NCBI GenBank assembly: GCA_020632655.1
Contig: JACKFD010000016.1
Coordinates: 60,753-124,752 of the forward strand
Direction of reading: 5' to 3'
DNA length: 64,000 bases
DNA from: Spirochaetaceae bacterium
GTDB lineage: Bacteria > Myxococcota_A > UBA9160 > UBA4427
Position 1 is the first letter of the stretch; every line of letters begins with the position of its first letter. Below are positions 57,378 to 64,000 of this stretch, in pieces. A program made the position numbers and the translations under genes. The notes beneath the pieces are model-generated. The model saw nothing but the letters and a program-made list of their open reading frames with translations. It had not been told where the DNA came from and searched no databases.

Positions 57378-57769
57378 CGCAAGTCATCGCCCCGACCCCC
57401 GACGCCGACGACGCCTGGTTCTGGAAGGGCGTCGCCGAGGACCGTCTGCTGCTCCAGCGCTGCGCCGAGTGCCGCCTCCTCCGCCATCCGCCCTCGCCGA
57501 TGTGCTCGGGCTGCAACGCCCTCGCCTGGGAGACGCTCCCCGCCTCGGGCCGCGCGACGGTCTACAGCTGGGTCGTGTCCCGGCATCCGACGCGGCCCGA
57601 CGCCGACCCGCGCATCGTCGTCCTGCTCGACCTCGAGGAGGGCGTGCGCTTCGTGTCGAACCTGGTCGACTGCCCGCTCGAGGACGTCCGCTTCGGCCTG
57701 CCCGTCGAGCTCGTCTTCGTCGACTACGACGGCGTCCGCCTGCCGCAATTCCGCCCGGCCAGGAGCTAG
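57374..57769 (+). CDS. DUF35 Zn-ribbon / OB-fold protein
   Basis: The ATG overlaps the upstream stop. CAECRLLRHPPSPMCSGC zinc ribbon, then an OB-fold segment. Confidence 0.85.
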   Translation: MTQVIAPTPDADDAWFWKGVAEDRLLLQRCAECRLLRHPPSPMCSGCNALAWETLPASGRATVYSWVVSRHPTRPDADPRIVVLLDLEEGVRFVSNLVDCPLEDVRFGLPVELVFVDYDGVRLPQFRPARS

Positions 57770-57870
57770 TCGCGCCGAGCCGCGCGTCCGAACGGAAGAC
57801 CTCGTCACGCCGCCGCGCGGCCCCGGATCATCCAGCCCCGACCGCCCTGCCCCACGGAGAAGCCCAGCCC

Positions 57871-59019
57871 ATGCCCGCCTCCCTCGTCGACCAGGCCGCG
57901 ATCGTCGGCATCGGCCAGACCGAGTTCTCGAAGGAATCCGGCCGCAGCGAGCTGCAGCTCGCCGCCGAAGCCTCCCTCGCCGCCATCCGCGACGCCGGCC
58001 TCACACCCGCGGACATCGACGGCCTCATCACCTTCACCCTCGACACGAGCGACGAGCTGCTCCTGATGCGCGCCCTCGGCCTGCCCGAGATCCGCTTCTG
58101 GTCGCGCACGCCCCATGGCGGCGCCGGCTCGACGACGACGATCCTGCACGCCGCGAGCGCCGTCGCGAGCGGCGCCGCGAAGCACGTGCTCGTCTGGCGC
58201 GCCTTCAACGAGCGCTCGGGCCATCGCTTCGGCCAACCGAACGCCGCTGCGCCGCCCCTCGGCTGGAACTGGTACCTGCCCTTCGGCCTCGACACGCCGG
58301 CCAAGATCTACTCGCTCACCTTCCAGCGCTACATGGACGCCTACGGCCTCACGAACGAGGATTTCGGCCGCTACACCGTCGTCGCCCGCAAGCACGCCGC
58401 GACGAATCCGAACGCCTGGTTCTACGAGCGGCCGATCACCCTCGCGGACCATCAGGCGTCGCGCTGGATCGTCGAGCCGATCCTGCGGCTGCTCGATTGC
58501 TGCCAGGAGAGCGACGGTGGCGTCGCCCTCGTGATCTCGACCGCCGAGCGGGCGCGCGACCTGCCGCAGCCCCTCGTCCGTCTGCGACACGTCGTCGACA
58601 GCCATCTGATGGGCGGTCACGTGATGTTCAACTACTACCTCGAGGACCACAGCCGCTTCGAGGAATGCCACTCGGCGGCAGCAAGGCTCTACGGCGAGTC
58701 GGGCCTCACGGCATCGGACATGGACGCCGCCATGCTCTACGAGAACTTCAGCCCCGTCGTCTTCATGCAGCTCGAGGGCTTCGGCTTCTGCGGCCCGGGC
58801 GAGGCCCGCGACTTCGTCCGCGACGGGCACATCGAGCTCGGCGGGAGCCTGCCCGTCAACACCCACGGCGGCCTGCTCGGCGAGGCCTACATCCACGGAA
58901 TGAACAACATCCTCGAGGGCGTCCGACAGATCCGTGGGCAGGCGGTGAATCAGGTCGCGGGGGCGCGGCACGTGCTCGTGGGAGGCGGGCGGGGCGCGAT
59001 GATCCTCGCCGGGGACTGA
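57871..59019 (+). CDS. thiolase-fold protein, SCP-x / lipid-transfer (Ltp) type
   Basis: AAIVGIGQTEFSKESGRSELQLAAEA...DCCQESDGG...NTHGGLLGEAYIHGMN. Confidence 0.88.
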   Translation: MPASLVDQAAIVGIGQTEFSKESGRSELQLAAEASLAAIRDAGLTPADIDGLITFTLDTSDELLLMRALGLPEIRFWSRTPHGGAGSTTTILHAASAVASGAAKHVLVWRAFNERSGHRFGQPNAAAPPLGWNWYLPFGLDTPAKIYSLTFQRYMDAYGLTNEDFGRYTVVARKHAATNPNAWFYERPITLADHQASRWIVEPILRLLDCCQESDGGVALVISTAERARDLPQPLVRLRHVVDSHLMGGHVMFNYYLEDHSRFEECHSAAARLYGESGLTASDMDAAMLYENFSPVVFMQLEGFGFCGPGEARDFVRDGHIELGGSLPVNTHGGLLGEAYIHGMNNILEGVRQIRGQAVNQVAGARHVLVGGGRGAMILAGD

Positions 59020-59062
59020 GCGTCGACCGGCGCGACCATGGCCTGCGCCGATCGCGTGCCGA

Positions 59063-60313
59063 TCAGTCCGTGACCTGGCCGCTCAGGATCGGCGTGACCG
59101 TGTCGAGTGCGGCGAGGCCCTCCCGCTCGAGCCGGGCGAGCGGAAGCCTGTGGATCGTCACCGCAGGCCCACCCTCGGTCTGGATCAGCCGCAGGCTGAA
59201 GACGCCGGTCTCGTGCGAGAAGGAGTCGATCCAGCTCCCGCCGATGCCCGGGTCGCGGTCGGCGACGATCGCGAGGATCGATCCGTCGGGCTCGGGCTTC
59301 GCGGTGAACTTCGTGAGGTAGCCCTGCCCGTCCTCGTAGACGTCGAGGTTCTCCTGCCAGCGATTGCAGAGCTGAAGGATCCAATGCTCGCACTCGGGCG
59401 GCCTGAACCGGATCACGAGGGCCTCGTCCCGACCCTTCCGCCAGCTCCCGAAGCCATGCAGGCGGTCGAGGACGCCGCCGTTGCTGAGATAGGTCGACTC
59501 GGAGAAGACGATCGTGTTGGGGCGCTGGTCGAGGTTCTCCTGCCACCATCGCCGCACGAGCTCGGCGTAGCCCAGCACGATCTGGCCCGACTTCGCGAGT
59601 CCGGCGGCGACCTCCTCGGGCTCGATCGGCCGGGGCCGCGGATGGTCGACCCGCTCGATCTCGAAGTGCGGCGGAACGACCCGACGGCGATCGTCGTAGA
59701 CCAGTCGGATGAGCACGCCCGTCGCGTCCGGATCGAGACGCAGCCAGTTGCGCGGTCCGGCCGTGGGCTCGTCCGCCGAGAGCAGGACCGAGAAGCGACC
59801 CTCGGCGTCGAAGTCGATGTCGCGGCTCGTGAGGAAGGAACGCGTCTCGAGATTCGTGGGATCGAATTCGGCGAGACCCGCGACGCCCGACGCCGCCCAG
59901 TCCCGCGCCGCGAGATCCGCCGGCTGGGGCGCCGTCCAGGTCGCCATCACGAAATAGGGCAGCGTGCCGCGATCGCCCGTGATCCGATAGGCATGACGGC
60001 CGTCCTCGAACTCGCACATCAGGTGGTCCTGGTCCGGGTTCTGGACGTTGATGCTCTGGCGCCAGGGGGCGTCGCGCAGACGCGGCCGCTCGGGCTCGCA
60101 GTTCTCGATCATGCGCTCGAAGCCGTTGCGCACCATGCGCGAGAGGAAGCGATACCACTCGGCGCGCTCGAGGTCGCTCGGACCGCCGCCCTGCCCGTCG
60201 TCGAAGGCCTCGACGAGGCGCCCCGCCTGCTTCAGCGTGTCGCAGAAATCGTCCCACGCGAGGCCGCGCAGCAGCCGCTCCCGCGCTCGACGCGAAGTCT
60301 CCGCCTCCCCCAT
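59063..60313 (-). CDS. DUF1214-like protein (paralog 3 of 3)
   Basis: ATG 60313 after a GGAGGGGAGG RBS gives MGEAETSRRARERLLRGLAWDDFCDTLKQAG, which aligns with the N-terminus of 18808-19932. ...VQNPDQDHLMCEFEDGRHAYRITGDRG...HWILQLCNRWQENL. Confidence 0.65.
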   Translation of the reverse strand: MGEAETSRRARERLLRGLAWDDFCDTLKQAGRLVEAFDDGQGGGPSDLERAEWYRFLSRMVRNGFERMIENCEPERPRLRDAPWRQSINVQNPDQDHLMCEFEDGRHAYRITGDRGTLPYFVMATWTAPQPADLAARDWAASGVAGLAEFDPTNLETRSFLTSRDIDFDAEGRFSVLLSADEPTAGPRNWLRLDPDATGVLIRLVYDDRRRVVPPHFEIERVDHPRPRPIEPEEVAAGLAKSGQIVLGYAELVRRWWQENLDQRPNTIVFSESTYLSNGGVLDRLHGFGSWRKGRDEALVIRFRPPECEHWILQLCNRWQENLDVYEDGQGYLTKFTAKPEPDGSILAIVADRDPGIGGSWIDSFSHETGVFSLRLIQTEGGPAVTIHRLPLARLEREGLAALDTVTPILSGQVTD

Positions 60314-60353
60314 CGCGCCGCTTGCCTCCCCTCCGTCCGAGTCCTCCACGACG

Positions 60354-60824
60354 CTAGTCGTGGATCATCTCCGCCAGATAGCGCTCGCGGCCGACCTCCT
60401 TCACGAGGTGGAGCTGGGCCTCGAGCCAGTCGACCGACTCCTCCTCCTCCTTGAGGATGCGCTCGAGCAGCTCCCGCGTGCCGTTGTCGGCCTTCTCGCG
60501 CGCGAGGGCGATGCCCTTGTTCAGCCGGTCGAGGGCCTCGAGCTCGAGGGCCAGATCGAGCTCGTGCTGCTCGATCGCGTTCTCGCCGACGCGGACGGGA
60601 TTCATGCGCTGCATGTTGGGAATGCCGTCGAGGTAGAGGATCCGCTCGATCACCTCGTCGGCGTGCTTCATCTCCTCGATCGACTCCTCGCGCTTCTTCT
60701 TCGAGAGCCGCTCGTAGCCCCAGTTCGAGCACATCTTGTGATGGATGAAATACTGGTTGATCGCCGTCAGCTCCGACGTCAACACGTCGTTCAGCACCTC
60801 GATCAACGCTGCATCGCCTCTCAT
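60354..60824 (-). CDS. bfr: bacterioferritin
   Basis: Gap-free match to the remembered E. coli Bfr: ELTAINQYF (E18), EEMKHAD (E51, M52, H54), LALELEA (E94), ILKEEEESVDWLE (E127, but Ser at position 130). Confidence 0.9.
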   Translation of the reverse strand: MRGDAALIEVLNDVLTSELTAINQYFIHHKMCSNWGYERLSKKKREESIEEMKHADEVIERILYLDGIPNMQRMNPVRVGENAIEQHELDLALELEALDRLNKGIALAREKADNGTRELLERILKEEEESVDWLEAQLHLVKEVGRERYLAEMIHD

Positions 60825-60869
60825 GTCCGCCCCCTTTCCACCTTCGTCCGCCCGGCTACGAAGGTCCGA

Positions 60870-62333
60870 TCACTTCCCCGCCACCACGTGCCGACCCGCG
60901 CGACGGCCGAAGAAGGTCGACTCGCCGATGCAGGTGCCGCTCGAATAGCCCGTGCCGTCCTGCGCGATGTTCGACGCGCAGGCGCCGATCGCGTAGAGGC
61001 CGGGCACGACGCCGCCATCCGCCGTGCGGACCTGGCCGTCGATCGTGACGTCGAGACCGCCGAGGGTGAAGGCCATGTAGGTGGCGGCGCCGACGGACGC
61101 GTCGAGCGCGGCGTAGGGCGCGGTGTCCAGGGGCTGGAGCCACTTCTTCCCCTTGTGGAAGTCGGGATCCTCCCCCTTCGCGGCGTTCTCGTTGTATCGC
61201 CGCAGCGTCTCCTGGAGCGAGCCCTCGGGCATGCCGAGCGCCTTCTCCATCTCCTCCACCGACTCGAAGGCGTCGACCAGCGGGTAGGCGCCCCAGCTCG
61301 GCGGATCCGGCTGATAGGTCTTCTCGTCGAGGATCAGCCAGCCCTGCCGACCGGGCTGCTTCGTCGTGAAGAGGCTCGAGCGCGAGTGGTAGGAGTCCTC
61401 GGCGCAGTAGCGCTGGCCGAGCTTGTTGACGAGGATGCCCTTGATGTGGCTCTCGGGCGGGTAGAACGCCGCCGTCACGAGCGCGCCGTCCATGTGCTTG
61501 AGCACGCCGCCGGCTGCGAGACCGAGCTGATGACCCGCGCCGTCGTCGTTCGGCGTGAACTGCCGCGTGTAGCCCGGATTCAGCAGCTCGGGCAGGTACT
61601 TCTTCAACATCTCCTCGTTCTGCGTGAACTGCCCCGTCGCGAGCATGACGCCCTTGCGCGCGCGTACGGCGCCCTTCTCCTTGCCGAAGACGCGGTAGCT
61701 GACACCGACGATGCGGCCGTTCTCGCGGATCAGGTGGTGGACCTGCGCGTCGGTCACGATCCGCACGCCGAGCTGCTGCGCCTTCGCGATCAGGCACTCC
61801 ATCATCTTCGCGCCGCCGCCCTCGCCGACCTGCGCGACCTTGTGGCCGCGAGGCGCGGGCTTCGCCTCGTCGCGGAAGGGCCAGACCTCCTCGTTGCCCG
61901 ACCAGATCAGGCACTCGTCCGTCATCTGCATGACGTGCTTGCCCTTGTACATGGTGTCGTTGAAGGGCACGCCGTGGGCCACGAGCCAGTCGAAGTGCGC
62001 GACGCTCTGCTCGCAGTACGCCCGGATCTTCGCCTCGTCCGGCTCGGGCGTGTTCATCATGAGATAGGTGACCATGTCCTCGACGGAGTCCTCGACGCCC
62101 ACGGCCTTCTGGACCCGGGTGCCACCGCCGAGGTAGAGATGTCCGGCGGCCATGGCGGTCACGCCGCCCCCGCCGCTCGCCCGCTCGAGCACGAGCACGT
62201 CGGCGCCCGCCTCACGCGCCTCGATCGCCGCGCAGACGCCCGCGCAGCCGAGCCCGACGATCACGACGTCCGCCTCGTCGACCGTCGGCGGCGCCTCGGC
62301 CGCCTCGATCACCCCGTACTCGCCGCTCGCCAT
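60870..62333 (-). CDS. FAD-dependent oxidoreductase, KstD/fumarate-reductase-like (paralog of 20088-21581)
   Basis: GGGGGAGAGG RBS. DVVIVGLGCAGVCAAIEAREAGADVLVLE. C-terminal GLYAIGACASN...GTCIGESTFFGRRAG. Confidence 0.85.
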   Translation of the reverse strand: MASGEYGVIEAAEAPPTVDEADVVIVGLGCAGVCAAIEAREAGADVLVLERASGGGGVTAMAAGHLYLGGGTRVQKAVGVEDSVEDMVTYLMMNTPEPDEAKIRAYCEQSVAHFDWLVAHGVPFNDTMYKGKHVMQMTDECLIWSGNEEVWPFRDEAKPAPRGHKVAQVGEGGGAKMMECLIAKAQQLGVRIVTDAQVHHLIRENGRIVGVSYRVFGKEKGAVRARKGVMLATGQFTQNEEMLKKYLPELLNPGYTRQFTPNDDGAGHQLGLAAGGVLKHMDGALVTAAFYPPESHIKGILVNKLGQRYCAEDSYHSRSSLFTTKQPGRQGWLILDEKTYQPDPPSWGAYPLVDAFESVEEMEKALGMPEGSLQETLRRYNENAAKGEDPDFHKGKKWLQPLDTAPYAALDASVGAATYMAFTLGGLDVTIDGQVRTADGGVVPGLYAIGACASNIAQDGTGYSSGTCIGESTFFGRRAGRHVVAGK

Positions 62334-62513
62334 CCTCTCCCCCTGGTCCAGGCCGCGGATCCTGCCGCGCCCGCGTTCCGAGTCGTTCCCGGCTCGCGCG
62401 GCGTCGCCCCGTACGGCGCCGTCGCTGCGAATTCGGGCTCGCAGTCTAACCCAGGCGATCGGGGCCGATGGCGCCGCGGCATCGCCCGGCATCACCGGCC
62501 CCCGGGGTCGGAA

Positions 62514-64000
62514 CTAGTCGTCGTCGTCCTCGTCGTCCCCGACGACCAGGATCACGCGATCGGCCTCGAGCAGCGCGTCGGGCTCGAGCGCCGCATCGTC
62601 GACGACCCGGACCCGGTCCGTCTCGAGCACCCCGCCCGGATCTGCGAAGAACGTCGCCTCGTCGACCGGGCTCCCGTCCGCGCCGAAGTACTGCGTCGCC
62701 CCGTCGAGCGGGATCGCGACGCCCAGCACCGACAGGGCCGGCGCCAGGCGATCGAGGGCCGAGACCGGCCCCTCCAGCACGACCGTGGCGCGCGCGCGCT
62801 CGCGCTCGACCTTCGCGGCGACCACCGCACCGGGCGCCGCCCCCGTTCGCGCCTCGACCTCGACCCGGTCGCCCACGGCGAGATGGGCGAAGCCGAAGTT
62901 CGGGACGTGATCGCGCTCGTCCTCGAGGGCCGTCTCCGGCTCGATCCGCACGTCGACCCCGAGCAGCCGGATCGTCCGCGCGGCGGCGTCGATCGCACCG
63001 ATAGCGGCCTCGATCCGGACGTCGTCCTGGAAGGCATCCTCGATTTCGACCCGCTCCGCCCGCAGCGTCCCGGCGACGAGGGGCCCCTTCACCTCCACCC
63101 GGCTTCCGTCCGCGATCACCGCCGTCCCCGGCGTGCGGGTCGCCCCGCTCGCGTCGACCGGCACCCCGCCGACCCGGAAGTCGGCGTCGCTCACGTAGCC
63201 CGTGACGATGCCCTCGAGCTCGGCGTCCTCGGCATCCTCGATGCCGAGCCCCGAGGCCTCGCGTTCGATGCGGCTCGCGGCGATCCGCGTCGTTCCGCCG
63301 CCGACGAGCGCCCCGCGCACCTCGACCCGATCGCCGTTCGCGAGGGCGCTCTCGGTCCCGTCCGCGAAGGTCGTGGCGGCGGTGTACTCGACCGTGATCG
63401 GACCGAGGTCGAAGAGGCCGCTGCCGTTCGCCCCTCGCGCGAGGCTCGCGACCGTGCCCTCGAGCTCGACCGCGGTCACCGCGGGGAAGACGCCGACCTG
63501 CTCGACCCGCGTCGCGCGCAGCTCGCCCGCCCCATCGACGAATCCGCTGATCGACACGACGTCGTCCCGGGCGATCGCATCGAAGCCCGTGCCGGGTCCG
63601 AAGGCCGTCCCGGTCGCGTGGACCACGACGGAGCGTCCGAGCACCTCGAAGCGCTTCTCGACACCGGCCGGCGACACGAGCACGGGATCCGCCTCCACGG
63701 GTCCCTTCAGCTCGGCGTCGAAGACGACGCTCGTCGCGCGCCCGCCGAGCCCGTCCGCGTCGAGCGTGCCGCGCACGCGCACGACCATGCCGACCCGCAG
63801 GTCGCCCTCGCCGCCCGCCGCGTCGTCGATCTCGACCGAAGCCGAGCCCGTCCGCCACTCGACGCCGTTCACGAAGATGCTGCCGAAGGAGTCGATCGCC
63901 CCCTGGCTGATGCCGGTTCCGCTCATGCCGCCGTTGTCGGCGGTCTGGGTTCCCTCGACGCAAGCGAGCGCGGCGAGCAGCAGTACGACGCCGAGCCGGC
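62514..64000 (-). CDS. DUF5666-repeat lipoprotein with a poly-Asp C-terminus (N-terminus at or beyond the window edge)
   Basis: The frame is open to nt 64000: ...RLGVVLLLAALAC/VEGTQTADNGG. Repeated modules of ...V.G..V......T.F.DG.....L..GD.VEV.G type. Ends VVGDDEDDDD*. Confidence 0.6.
   Translation of the reverse strand, partial: RLGVVLLLAALACVEGTQTADNGGMSGTGISQGAIDSFGSIFVNGVEWRTGSASVEIDDAAGGEGDLRVGMVVRVRGTLDADGLGGRATSVVFDAELKGPVEADPVLVSPAGVEKRFEVLGRSVVVHATGTAFGPGTGFDAIARDDVVSISGFVDGAGELRATRVEQVGVFPAVTAVELEGTVASLARGANGSGLFDLGPITVEYTAATTFADGTESALANGDRVEVRGALVGGGTTRIAASRIEREASGLGIEDAEDAELEGIVTGYVSDADFRVGGVPVDASGATRTPGTAVIADGSRVEVKGPLVAGTLRAERVEIEDAFQDDVRIEAAIGAIDAAARTIRLLGVDVRIEPETALEDERDHVPNFGFAHLAVGDRVEVEARTGAAPGAVVAAKVERERARATVVLEGPVSALDRLAPALSVLGVAIPLDGATQYFGADGSPVDEATFFADPGGVLETDRVRVVDDAALEPDALLEADRVILVVGDDEDDDD

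Noticed and set aside
1-64000. tRNA, rRNA, tmRNA and riboswitch-like elements
   Set aside because: No T-loop-like GGTTCGAATCC-type sequences, rRNA-like stretches or recognisable riboswitch cores were seen in any intergenic region. This cannot be excluded without a covariance-model scan (Infernal/tRNAscan).

Overview
Very GC-rich bacterial chromosomal segment: in real genes the third codon position is almost always G/C, and I used that to pick frames. It is almost fully coding, with about 58 genes. Most of it is a dense, paralog-rich island for oxidising and beta-oxidising hydrophobic substrates (steroid-, terpenoid- or lipid-like). The island holds 4 cytochrome P450s, a Rieske oxygenase with a Rieske ferredoxin, 2 KstD/fumarate-reductase-like flavoproteins and 13 SDR-fold genes. 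It also holds 3 crotonase-fold enzymes, a DUF35 + SCP-x-type thiolase pair, a ketosteroid-isomerase-fold protein, 2 luciferase-like (F420-type) oxidoreductases and 3 amidohydrolases. Further members are a single-chain BC-BCCP-CT acyl-CoA carboxylase, 3 DUF1214-like paralogs, a sulfotransferase and an APH/ecdysteroid-kinase-like phosphotransferase. Three export systems are present: TetR-MFP-RND, an MFS transporter and an ABCB-type exporter. Non-catabolic genes sit among these: a type II glutamine synthetase behind a textbook sigma-54 promoter, a bacterioferritin, a bactofilin, a Cys-rich secreted protein and a DUF5666-like lipoprotein. One complete ~1.2-kb IS (IS1/IS1595-like) with 26-bp terminal inverted repeats sits in a convergent intergenic region. 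The first 3.4 kb carry eight ORF-breaking lesions in four consecutive genes, and I saw none in the rest of the window. I found no rRNA, tRNA or CRISPR. Many of the longest ORFs in the supplied track are antisense or shadow ORFs typical of high-GC DNA and were rejected. I did not see a defence- or toxin-type system. The most unusual content is the repeated DUF1214 + flavoprotein module, a sulfotransferase/kinase/exporter block, degenerate enzyme partners and several intergenic repeat motifs. All family names come from by-eye motif recognition, with no searches run.
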